Assembly (NCBI GenBank): GCA_902611475.1
Contig: CACLZW010000006.1
Location: 10,720-74,719, forward strand
Direction: 5' to 3'
DNA: 64,000 nucleotides
Source: an uncultured Alphaproteobacteria bacterium
GTDB lineage: Bacteria; Pseudomonadota; Alphaproteobacteria; Rhodobacterales; Rhodobacteraceae
Position 1 is the first letter of the stretch, and each line of letters begins with the position of its first letter. This document shows, in pieces, positions 55,927 to 64,000 of this stretch. Made by a program: the position numbers and the translations under genes. The notes beneath the pieces are model-generated. The model saw only the letters and a list, made by a program, of their open reading frames with translations. It did no database searches and had not been told where the DNA came from.

Positions 55927-56659
55927 AATCTAGTATCTTCTCAATAGTAATTAAAATGATATCTTTGAACATTGTGGTATAAAGGCTAATTTGTGACAAA
56001 ATCTCAGGTGCGAACGGTACTTCTCTAAGTATATCCTCTGGAAACAAAATAGTTAGGTTATAGGTAAAAAAACTAATTATTAGTACGAGCGATAAAGTTA
56101 CTAATAATCTTCGCCTTTTTGGCTTATTCTCTTTCGGTACTGTCTCTTTATTTTCGAGGTTTGGTTGCTTAGCCTTCTTTAAAAGTTCAGATGACTCTTT
56201 TAGCCTTCTCTCGATCTCTATTTCCTTGACATCTCGTTCTTCAATTTCCTCGTTAGAAGGGCTCTCTTGGTTACTTCTAATTTTTGGAAATGTTTTGGAA
56301 GGACCCTCTTCCGCAATCTCGTTACTTTCCTCACTTGTCTCAAATTGAAAAATATGGTCAGTCTCGGTATTATTTTTCGAGTCAATTCTATTTCTAAGAT
56401 TACCAAAACTATTTTGAACTTCCTCAAGAGCTAACGAGTTCAGCTCCATTTTTCCCGCTTCTGTGTTTGTGTTCTCAATCACACCATCACTTTTAGAAGC
56501 CAGTGAGTCGTCTACAAGATTTTTTGATTGTTCAAGCTTTGCAAACTTGTCGACCCAGGAGCTTCCACATTCAATACAAATAAACTTAACCGTCTTAGTT
56601 AGAGACGATCTCTCATTTACTTTGTATTCAGCATTACAATCAGGGCAGAAAACGTGCAT
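55907..56659 (-). CDS. MJ0042-type zinc-ribbon protein with C-terminal membrane anchor
   Basis: N-terminal CPDCNAEYKV...FICIECGSSW (CxxC...CxxC), long acidic/Ser/Asn-rich linker, KPKRRR followed by the TM segment LLVTLSLVLIISFFTYNL. Confidence 0.7.
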   Translation of the reverse strand: MHVFCPDCNAEYKVNERSSLTKTVKFICIECGSSWVDKFAKLEQSKNLVDDSLASKSDGVIENTNTEAGKMELNSLALEEVQNSFGNLRNRIDSKNNTETDHIFQFETSEESNEIAEEGPSKTFPKIRSNQESPSNEEIEERDVKEIEIERRLKESSELLKKAKQPNLENKETVPKENKPKRRRLLVTLSLVLIISFFTYNLTILFPEDILREVPFAPEILSQISLYTTMFKDIILITIEKILDFIPNLA

Positions 56660-56757
56660 AAATTAATATATTTTCCCTTGTCAACAGTCTGTGATAATAA
56701 AGTGAAAGTATAAATTTTGAAATAAAATTCTGAATTATTAGTAAGAAAGTTCGATAA

Positions 56758-57483
56758 ATGAAGGGTGGACTAAAAGATATCAGCACTGGGTTAATCATTT
56801 ATACTCTTCTGGGAGTGATGGGAGTATTTCTACTACCTTATGCCAGCACATCCAAAGAAAATACTTTGAAGGTAATCAAATTATACTGTCGAGTAGTTTT
56901 TTGGATTTTAAAAAAAGTTTATAATATACAAATTCTGGTAAAAGGTGTGGTGCCGGATAATAAAGCTTCAATAGTGTGCTCAAAACACCAATCTTTTTTA
57001 GATGTTTTGATTTTGTTAAACGTGTTACCTGAGCCAAAATTTATAATGAAATCTGAACTATCGTGGGTTCCAATTCTTTCGACATATGCAAGAAAAATTG
57101 GATGTGTAAATGTTAAAAGAAACGATAAGTCAAGAAGTTGGCATGCTTTAAAACAAGCAATTACAAAGGAGGCTCGAAATCAGTCGGGTCAGTTAGTAAT
57201 TTATCCTGAGGGCACAAGAACTATACCTGGACAAAAAGTAGAATATAAGAAGGGTGTTTTGGTCTTATTCTCTAGTCTTAATCGTCCCCTATATTTGGTT
57301 TCAACGAATGCGGGTATCGCGTGGTCAAAAAATGGCATATTCAAAGAGAATTCTAATGCCTCGATAAACTTTATAGAGAAAATAAATTATTCAAAAAAAG
57401 GAGATCATAATTTAAATTATATAAAGAGCAAGATAGAGGAAGACTCTCAAAAACTTTATGACGAAGAAGTCGCTAAAGGTTAG
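56758..57483 (+). CDS. plsC: 1-acyl-sn-glycerol-3-phosphate acyltransferase
   Basis: HQSFLD (HX4D) and YPEGTR motifs, with an N-terminal TM segment. Confidence 0.88.
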   Translation: MKGGLKDISTGLIIYTLLGVMGVFLLPYASTSKENTLKVIKLYCRVVFWILKKVYNIQILVKGVVPDNKASIVCSKHQSFLDVLILLNVLPEPKFIMKSELSWVPILSTYARKIGCVNVKRNDKSRSWHALKQAITKEARNQSGQLVIYPEGTRTIPGQKVEYKKGVLVLFSSLNRPLYLVSTNAGIAWSKNGIFKENSNASINFIEKINYSKKGDHNLNYIKSKIEEDSQKLYDEEVAKG

Positions 57484-58432
57484 ATAAAGAACCCATATTT
57501 ATATATTTATCTGACCGTTGTTTTTTGATTATTTGTCTGTCAATTTTTTGGAAAGCAATAATTTCTTCCATGAGGGTTTTCTTAACTTCCTTTAAAGCTT
57601 TGTTTCTGTCCCTGTGCGCACCACCTAAAGGTTCCTTAATCACTTTGTCAACCACACCTATTTTTTTAAGGTGTTGAGCAGTTAACTTTAGCGCATCTGC
57701 AGCCTCTCTCATTTTATCGGAATTTTTCCAAAGAATAGAGGCACACCCTTCTGGAGAAATTACAGAATAAATAGAGTGCTCCAACATAATTAATGTATTT
57801 GCGGACGCCATCGCTATTGCACCACCGGAACCCCCCTCACCTATAATAATTGAAATTATTGGAACAGAGACTTCTAAGCAGGTTTGAGTGGACCTAGCTA
57901 TAGCTTCGGCTTGGCCTCTTTCCTCAGCACCTTTACCAGGATATGCGCCCGGAGTATCAATAAATGTTATTATTGGGAGACCGAACTTGTCAGCAAGTTT
58001 CATAAGACGAGCTGCCTTTCTATATCCTTCAGGTCTAGCCATCCCAAAATTTCTCTTCAATCTACTCTCTGTAGAATTACCTTTCTCATGTCCCATCACC
58101 ACTACTGGAGTATCTCCTAATCGACCTAGACCTCCAACTATTGCAAGGTCCTCTGCAAAATTTCGGTCACCGCTTAAAGGAGTATAGTCACTTATTATGT
58201 AGTTGATGTAGTCTGTGGTATGCGGTCTCTCAGGATGTCTAGCTACTTGACACTTTCGCCAAGGACTCATGTCAGCATAAAGATTACTGAGTATATCCAC
58301 GGTTTTACTCTTTAATAGCTTTATCTCATTTTTTATATTTTTGCTGCTCGAGCTATCTGGTAGACCCTCAAGGTCTGATATCTTGCTTTGAATTTCTGCA
58401 AGATCTTTTTCAAAATCCAGATAAATTGTCAT
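57473..58432 (-). CDS. accA: acetyl-CoA carboxylase carboxyltransferase subunit alpha
   Basis: [25 protein letters not shown] and [10 protein letters not shown]-like [12 protein letters not shown]. Confidence 0.96.
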   Translation of the reverse strand: MTIYLDFEKDLAEIQSKISDLEGLPDSSSSKNIKNEIKLLKSKTVDILSNLYADMSPWRKCQVARHPERPHTTDYINYIISDYTPLSGDRNFAEDLAIVGGLGRLGDTPVVVMGHEKGNSTESRLKRNFGMARPEGYRKAARLMKLADKFGLPIITFIDTPGAYPGKGAEERGQAEAIARSTQTCLEVSVPIISIIIGEGGSGGAIAMASANTLIMLEHSIYSVISPEGCASILWKNSDKMREAADALKLTAQHLKKIGVVDKVIKEPLGGAHRDRNKALKEVKKTLMEEIIAFQKIDRQIIKKQRSDKYINMGSLSNL

Positions 58433-59397
58433 TAACTTGTATTTTTTATTTTATTATGTTGATCAATTAACACCTTCGCTTGTTTTATTGAGGCTATATC
58501 AATTAATTTTCCATTAAAAACAGCTGCCCCAGCACCTTTAGCCTCCGCAGCTTCCATTGCGCTGATGATGCCTTTTGCATTCTCTATTGCTTTCTCAGAG
58601 GGGGTAAATACTTGATTTGCAAGTTCAACCTGTGAAGGGTGAATGGCCCATTTCCCTGCCATACCGAGGGTAGCAGACCTTTTAGCTTGAGCAATATAAT
58701 TTTCTTTATCAGAAATATCTCCAAAAGGGCCATCTACTGGCAGAATCCCATTAGCCCTACAAGCTGCAATCATAGCAACCATAGGATGATGCCATGGGTC
58801 CATTAAAAGTTTTTCACCATTTTCGGAGTTCGTATAATACCCTTCTTGAGTTCCGCCAATATTAGTAGTTTGCATTCCCATTGAAGCCGCATAATCTGCA
58901 ACTCCAAAACTCATTGCTACTAGACGGTCACTGGCCAATGCGATCTCATTGATATTTTCAATTCCAGCTGCTGTTTCAATAATTATTTCGAATTTCAGAC
59001 TTTTCTTTCTCTTATTTTTCTTTTCCAAAGCAGTAACGAGCGCATCTACCGCATATATGTCGCTGGAATTACCCACCTTCGGTATCATAATACAGTCTAA
59101 CCTTTCAATTGAATTATCGACTAATGACAAAATGTCATCGACCCAATACTCCGTATCCAATCCATTTATGCGAACCGACAGAGTCTTATCGGACCAATCT
59201 ATATTACTTATAGCCTCTGAAATATTTTGTCTCGCTTCAACCTTGCTAGGAGGTGCCACACTATCTTCTAGATCAAGATTAATGACATCAGCCTGAGAGG
59301 AAGCCATTTTTTCGAAAAGTTCTGGTCTCGAGCCTGGGCCAAATAGCTGGCATCTATTTAATCTTTCAGGAATAGGTGGCTGTATTAAAAAACTCAT
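58432..59397 (-). CDS. mcl: L-malyl-CoA/beta-methylmalyl-CoA lyase (HpcH/CitE-like family)
   Basis: N-terminus [36 protein letters not shown] and later [35 protein letters not shown] and IDIASIKQA match my recollection of Rhodobacter-type Mcl1 along the whole length. The stop overlaps the accA start by 1 nt (TAATG). Confidence 0.8.
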   Translation of the reverse strand: MSFLIQPPIPERLNRCQLFGPGSRPELFEKMASSQADVINLDLEDSVAPPSKVEARQNISEAISNIDWSDKTLSVRINGLDTEYWVDDILSLVDNSIERLDCIMIPKVGNSSDIYAVDALVTALEKKNKRKKSLKFEIIIETAAGIENINEIALASDRLVAMSFGVADYAASMGMQTTNIGGTQEGYYTNSENGEKLLMDPWHHPMVAMIAACRANGILPVDGPFGDISDKENYIAQAKRSATLGMAGKWAIHPSQVELANQVFTPSEKAIENAKGIISAMEAAEAKGAGAAVFNGKLIDIASIKQAKVLIDQHNKIKNTS

Positions 59398-59468
59398 TTC
59401 AAACCCTTCATTTTTTTTAACTTTTAATGATTTTTATACAATACATCTTAACAAGTAAATCAAAAAAC

Positions 59469-60635
59469 TTACAAAAAAGTTTTAGTTAATCTGTTGATAG
59501 CTAAATCTAATATTTCGGTCCTGCAAGCTATATTAAACCTTGCAAATTTCCCAGAATTTTTGCCAAAACCACTCCCGAAACTGGGGGCCACTCCAGCCTC
59601 TTTTATAAGCATATCTTTCAATTCTAACTCAGTAATATCTAATTGACCAAAATCCACCCACGCAAGATAAGTAGACTCCAAATCAAAGACTTTCACGTTA
59701 TTAAGCAATCTCAGAGCGTTAGTAAAAAGTCTTTTGTTTTTCTCTAAGTAATGCATAAGTTGGTCCAGCCACTCCTGTCCTCCACTATAAGCTGCTTCGG
59801 TCATTATCATACCGAACCTATTTGGTGTTTTACCGAAGGCTGTATGTTCTCTATCATAGATTGAACGAAGCTTAGGATTTGGAATTATTGTTGTTCCAGT
59901 ATGGCACCCCGCGATGTTAAATGTCTTAGTAGCTGCTGTAAATATAAGGCTTATTTCTTCCGCTTCAGGAACTGCTTTCAGAAAAGTGGTGTGGGGTTTA
60001 TCTGAGTAGGTTAAATCGTGATGAATTTCATCCATGAAGATAAGAATTTTATTGCTACGACAAAACTCCGCTAAAGTGGATAGCGTTTCCGTACTCCAGA
60101 TTTTTCCACCTGGATTATGTGGGCTACAAAAAATAATAATTTTTTCTTTACCGGATAAGTTTTTGTCTAGCTCATTAAAATCTACTTCATATTGGCCTTC
60201 GACTATTTTCAAAGGAATTTCTTTTGGTACTCGTCCATTGTTTTTGATTGTATTAAAAAAAGAGTAATAAATAGGGGAAAAAAGTAATATTTCATCGCCC
60301 GGTTTCGAGAACGCTCGCAAGCCCATGCCAATTCCGGAGTTGACGCCGTGCACTATCGAACACCATTCTTCAGAAATATCCCAATCATGCCTATTTTTCA
60401 TCCACGTTTTTACTGAGTTAATGAAAGACTTGTTGTTGCCATAGTATCCAAAAACGCCGTGTGATACTTCTTTTTCAAGTGCTTTTATAACAGACTTTGG
60501 AGGATTAAAATCCATGTCAGCAACCCACATGGATATGCACGTGTCTTTACTCGTACCGTATAAACTTTTTAACCCGTCAAACTTTGACAGGTTTGCGTGT
60601 CTATTATCTATATATTTGTCAAAATTAACTATCAT
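59469..60635 (-). CDS. PLP-dependent C-S lyase (MalY/PatB cystathionine beta-lyase family aminotransferase)
   Basis: MWVADMDF, SPHNPGG and DEIHHDL, with the PLP-lysine region AATKTFNIAG. Confidence 0.82.
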   Translation of the reverse strand: MIVNFDKYIDNRHANLSKFDGLKSLYGTSKDTCISMWVADMDFNPPKSVIKALEKEVSHGVFGYYGNNKSFINSVKTWMKNRHDWDISEEWCSIVHGVNSGIGMGLRAFSKPGDEILLFSPIYYSFFNTIKNNGRVPKEIPLKIVEGQYEVDFNELDKNLSGKEKIIIFCSPHNPGGKIWSTETLSTLAEFCRSNKILIFMDEIHHDLTYSDKPHTTFLKAVPEAEEISLIFTAATKTFNIAGCHTGTTIIPNPKLRSIYDREHTAFGKTPNRFGMIMTEAAYSGGQEWLDQLMHYLEKNKRLFTNALRLLNNVKVFDLESTYLAWVDFGQLDITELELKDMLIKEAGVAPSFGSGFGKNSGKFARFNIACRTEILDLAINRLTKTFL

Positions 60636-60705
60636 TTGGCTGATGGGTCATGTATAAGAATTTATTCAAATATAGTCCAGTACTAATACTTGTTTTAAAT
60701 TCAAA

Positions 60706-61224
60706 ATGGCAATTAAAAAAATATTACTTTACCCAAACCCTCTATTGCTTAGAGAAAGTTCTAAAATAGAAAAATTTGATGAAAGCCTAGTAAGCCTTTC
60801 TAGGGACCTTATCGATACTATGTATGATGCAGACGGTGTTGGGTTGGCTGCTCCGCAAATAGGTATAAATAAAAGAATATTTGTAATGGATTGCTCTCGA
60901 GAAGATGAAGGAAAGGATTGTAGAATTGTGATTAACCCAGAGATAGAGTATCAATCTGAAGAGATGGGCTCATATAAGGAGGGATGCTTGTCTATCCCTG
61001 GAATCACAGAGGAGATATCAAGGCCAAAAGTTATTAACGTGTTGTATCAAGATATTAATGGGGTTTTGGAAAGAAATACATATGATGATCTGTGGTCAAC
61101 TTGTTTTCAGCATGAATTAGATCATTTAAATGGGAAGCTCTTTATAGATCACCTTCGTCCCATGAAAAAGATCCTAGTGAAGAATAAAATGAAAAAATCT
61201 TCTAAAAAAGAAAAAAAGGAATAA
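60706..61224 (+). CDS. def: peptide deformylase
   Basis: GVGLAAPQIG, EGCLSIPG and HELDHLNG motifs. Confidence 0.97.
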   Translation: MAIKKILLYPNPLLLRESSKIEKFDESLVSLSRDLIDTMYDADGVGLAAPQIGINKRIFVMDCSREDEGKDCRIVINPEIEYQSEEMGSYKEGCLSIPGITEEISRPKVINVLYQDINGVLERNTYDDLWSTCFQHELDHLNGKLFIDHLRPMKKILVKNKMKKSSKKEKKE

Positions 61225-61226
61225 AA

Positions 61227-62147
61227 GTGAAGATTGTATTCATGGGATCATCGACATTTGCAATTCCATCACTCCGGAGTTTAAAACAAGCGCAATATGA
61301 TGTGCAGGCGGTATATAGCCAACCCCCACGAAAAGCAGGTCGGGGTAAGCGGTACAAGGAGGTTCCACTAGCAGAGTTTGCATTCTCTCAAGGTCTAAAG
61401 GTAGAGCAACCACAGACATTCAATGACCCAGATGTATTAGCTGTCTTAGAGAGTTACAATCCTGATTTTCTAGTAGTGGTAGCATATGGACTGATTTTAC
61501 CTAGGAAAGTATTAGAAATCCCAAAAGAATTTTCAATAAATGTCCATGGCTCTTTTTTGCCTTTTTGGCGGGGAGCAGCCCCTATAAATCATTCGATTTT
61601 TAATAAAGATCCTTATACTGGAGTAACCATAATCAAAATGAGTGAAGAGCTAGATGCCGGGCCTATCTTGCGTCAAGAGAAGGTAATGCTTGATCATTCG
61701 GAAACTTTTGGGTCGTTGTATCGAGTTTTGAGCGAAATCGGAGCGAAAAATCTGTTGAAAACACTAAATAACATTAATTCAAACGAGGAAATATTACAAA
61801 ATGAAAAGTTTGTTAGTTATGCCCCCAAGATTACAAAATTGGATGCAAAGTTAGACTTTAATAGTCAAGCCTCTGCCTTAGAGGCTAGAATTAGGGGCTT
61901 AGCGCCTAAACCAGGCGCCTGGTTTGAATATAAAAAAGAGCGCTTCAAAGTATTTAGCGCTAAAGTAGTGGAAGGTAACGGAAAAGCTGGCACAATTATT
62001 AATGAAAATTTGACTATAGCATGTGGGAAAAAAGCATTGAATATTCTTGAAATTCAGAGGCAAGGTAAAGACGTGATGAGCGTGAGTGACTTGCTTAGAG
62101 GCTTTAAATTCAAAAAAGGTGATAACGTTAACCAATCAACTCATTAA
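61227..62147 (+). CDS. fmt: methionyl-tRNA formyltransferase
   Basis: KIVFMGSSTFAIPSL, NVHGSFLPFWRGAAPI, DAGPIL. GTG start 2 nt after def. Confidence 0.95.
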   Translation: MKIVFMGSSTFAIPSLRSLKQAQYDVQAVYSQPPRKAGRGKRYKEVPLAEFAFSQGLKVEQPQTFNDPDVLAVLESYNPDFLVVVAYGLILPRKVLEIPKEFSINVHGSFLPFWRGAAPINHSIFNKDPYTGVTIIKMSEELDAGPILRQEKVMLDHSETFGSLYRVLSEIGAKNLLKTLNNINSNEEILQNEKFVSYAPKITKLDAKLDFNSQASALEARIRGLAPKPGAWFEYKKERFKVFSAKVVEGNGKAGTIINENLTIACGKKALNILEIQRQGKDVMSVSDLLRGFKFKKGDNVNQSTH

Positions 62148-62595
62148 ATGCCTCTTCACGCCCCTTTACAGCGAGTGAGTCGGCTTTCTCATTTCCGAGT
62201 ACTCCGGCATGACCCTTTACCCATACCCACTCAACATTTTGATTTTTTGTCAAATTCAATAGTTCTTCCCATAATAAACGATTAGCAACTGGTTTTTTAG
62301 AAGCTGTACTCCAATTATTTTTAATCCATCCAAAAATCCATTTTGTTATTCCGTCTATAACATATTTACTGTCGGTGAAAATGGTAATTTCGACGTTTTT
62401 TCTTTTTAAGCTTTCTAGAGCTTGTATAGCGGCTGTTAGTTCCATTATTTGATTAGTTGTTTCTTTGTTTTTTCCATAGAGGACTTCTTCTTTTACGATT
62501 TCACCTACATTATTTTCAGCTACTAAATAAACACCCCATCCCCCAGGTCCTGGGTTTCCGCTACATGCCCCATCAGTATAAGCTTTTACTCTCAT
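62128..62595 (-). CDS. rnhA: ribonuclease HI
   Basis: YTDGACSGNPGPGGWG, TNQIMELTA, TDSKYV and KGHAG..GNEKAD. Confidence 0.96.
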   Translation of the reverse strand: MRVKAYTDGACSGNPGPGGWGVYLVAENNVGEIVKEEVLYGKNKETTNQIMELTAAIQALESLKRKNVEITIFTDSKYVIDGITKWIFGWIKNNWSTASKKPVANRLLWEELLNLTKNQNVEWVWVKGHAGVLGNEKADSLAVKGREEAFNELIG

Positions 62596-62598
62596 CTT

Positions 62599-63030
62599 TT
62601 AAATTCGGAAACCCATGAAAATTAGTAAAAATACTACTATAGTTGTCATTGGAAATCGTAAGTTAAGCCACCATTCGGGTAAAGTTTTAAATTTATACAA
62701 TTTTCTTTCAATCTCTAAAACTATAAGAAACCCCAAAGCAATTACAAAGCTTTGCATGAAGGGTACAGCAACTGATAAAAGTGCTAGTAGTACTGGCACA
62801 ATACTAAACCAAAGTAAAAATACTCTTTCTCTATCAAGTGATGAGATGTAGAACACACAACCACTCATAAAAGAAAGAATAAATCCACTATAGATTATTG
62901 CAATCCTAATCAATTCTTCTTTCAAGCTTTCACTCAGACCGATTTTAAAGGTCGAAGCAAGTCCCACTAATATCGGAATGAGCCCGAGAAAACTTGCAAG
63001 CATTACGCTTTTTGGTACTCTATGGAACAT
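62599..63030 (-). CDS. small integral membrane protein (DUF3429-like)
   Basis: 143 aa with 4 predicted TM segments. Packed 1 nt after ispH and 3 nt before rnhA. The family assignment is from memory of DUF3429 topology and N-terminus and is tentative. Confidence 0.5.
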   Translation of the reverse strand: MFHRVPKSVMLASFLGLIPILVGLASTFKIGLSESLKEELIRIAIIYSGFILSFMSGCVFYISSLDRERVFLLWFSIVPVLLALLSVAVPFMQSFVIALGFLIVLEIERKLYKFKTLPEWWLNLRFPMTTIVVFLLIFMGFRI

Positions 63031-63031
63031 T

Positions 63032-63988
63032 TTACCTCAATGCGAGTGGGACTTTAAATTCAATAGTCTCTTTTTTCGTAGTATCATAAACCAAACTCGT
63101 ATCAAACTTTTCTTGAATGCTACTTATTACCTCTTTAACCAGATGATCTGGCGCTGATGCTCCTGAGGTAATCCCTATGGAATTGGCTTCTTTAATTTTT
63201 ACCCAGTCAATTTTTTTATGATCCTCAATTAAGTAAGACGCTTTACATCCACTCGTTTTAGCTACATCAACTAGTCTCTGAGAATTAGATGAGTTTTCTG
63301 ACCCCACAACCAACATTAAGTCGACGTGTTTTACAAGTCGCTTGACCTCCTCTTGTCTATTAGTAGTGGCATAGCAGATATCTTCTTTCTTTGGGTTTTC
63401 TATTGATGGGAACTTTTTGTTTAAAGCTTGAACTATCTCTTTGGTATCATCTACAGATAGAGTTGTTTGAGTAACATAAGCTAACTTTGGATATTGAGAT
63501 GGGTCCATTTTCTCCACGTCTGCCGTATTCTCAACCAACAAAACCTCGCCTTCCGGCAGTTGACCCATAGTACCAATTGTCTCAGGATGTCCACGATGCC
63601 CTATCATTATTATTTTATAACCTTTGTCATAGTATCTTTTGATTTCATTGTGAACTTTCGTTACCAAGGGACAAGTAGCATCGACAAATAGCATTTGCCT
63701 TTTTTCTGCCTCCTCCGGGACCGCTTTGGGCACACCATGGGCAGAAAATATTACAGGTCGGTCTACAGGGCACTCATTCAACTCCTCAACGAACACAGCT
63801 CCCTTTTTTTTTAGGTCGTGAACAACATGTTTGTTATGGACTATTTCATGCCTGACATAAATAGGTGATCCCCATTTTTTTAACGCCAGCTCTACCATCT
63901 CTATAGCTCTGTCAACACCAGCACAGAAACCCCTTGGATTAGCCAGATGTATCGTCTTTACACTTGTAGTTTTAAGCGCATTCGTCAT
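63032..63988 (-). CDS. ispH: 4-hydroxy-3-methylbut-2-enyl diphosphate reductase
   Basis: [31 protein letters not shown] and SSNSQRL motifs. Confidence 0.97.
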   Translation of the reverse strand: MTNALKTTSVKTIHLANPRGFCAGVDRAIEMVELALKKWGSPIYVRHEIVHNKHVVHDLKKKGAVFVEELNECPVDRPVIFSAHGVPKAVPEEAEKRQMLFVDATCPLVTKVHNEIKRYYDKGYKIIMIGHRGHPETIGTMGQLPEGEVLLVENTADVEKMDPSQYPKLAYVTQTTLSVDDTKEIVQALNKKFPSIENPKKEDICYATTNRQEEVKRLVKHVDLMLVVGSENSSNSQRLVDVAKTSGCKASYLIEDHKKIDWVKIKEANSIGITSGASAPDHLVKEVISSIQEKFDTSLVYDTTKKETIEFKVPLALR

Positions 63989-64000
63989 GAGTAAAGCGTA

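Noticed and set aside
56218-56427. A 69-aa same-strand alternative-frame ORF inside the zinc-ribbon gene.
   Set aside because: It arises from the purine-rich low-complexity linker. The main frame carries the zinc ribbon and the TM anchor.

Overview
No convincing novel multi-gene system is present. This is a very densely packed, visibly AT-rich chromosomal core segment (exact GC not computed). By my gene calls only about 2.4 kb of the 64 kb is intergenic, roughly 96% coding, summed by hand.

Gene content and micro-synteny point to a genome-streamlined, probably marine, alphaproteobacterium. The supporting arrangements are gloB<>methyltransferase, an F1-only atpHAGDC operon, tlpA<>argH-lipoprotein-lysA, lgt-midA-pgeF, ubiK-ybjN-proC, TPR-ispE, ispB<>methyltransferase, mce-DUF1467 and dapD-dapE. 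This taxonomic placement is inference; a database search of groEL or atpD would settle it.

I call 68 protein-coding genes. Two are not in the supplied ORF track:
- a 613-codon clpA fragment running off the left edge
- a 38-codon lipoprotein ORF between argH and lysA

The rest is almost entirely housekeeping: ATP synthase F1, groESL, purEK, carB, aspS, pheST, rpmI-rplT, dapDE, argGH, lysA, ispE/ispB/ispH, def-fmt, accA, pyk and others. I see no rRNA, tRNA, CRISPR array, transposase, integrase, phage gene, toxin-antitoxin pair or recognisable defence gene.

The observations most worth a second look:
- the unlisted LptM/YifL-like mini-lipoprotein that overlaps both neighbours
- a groESL leader with no CIRCE element but with phased A-tracts and a perfect 16-bp palindrome
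- a malyl-CoA lyase gene translationally coupled to accA
- a tight four-gene cluster (Fe-ADH, alpha/beta hydrolase, orphan ORF, class IV aminotransferase)
- an MFS transporter coupled to a secreted phytase-like esterase
- extreme compaction: 7 of 12 convergent gene pairs overlap at their 3' ends, and only one clear intrinsic terminator exists in 64 kb
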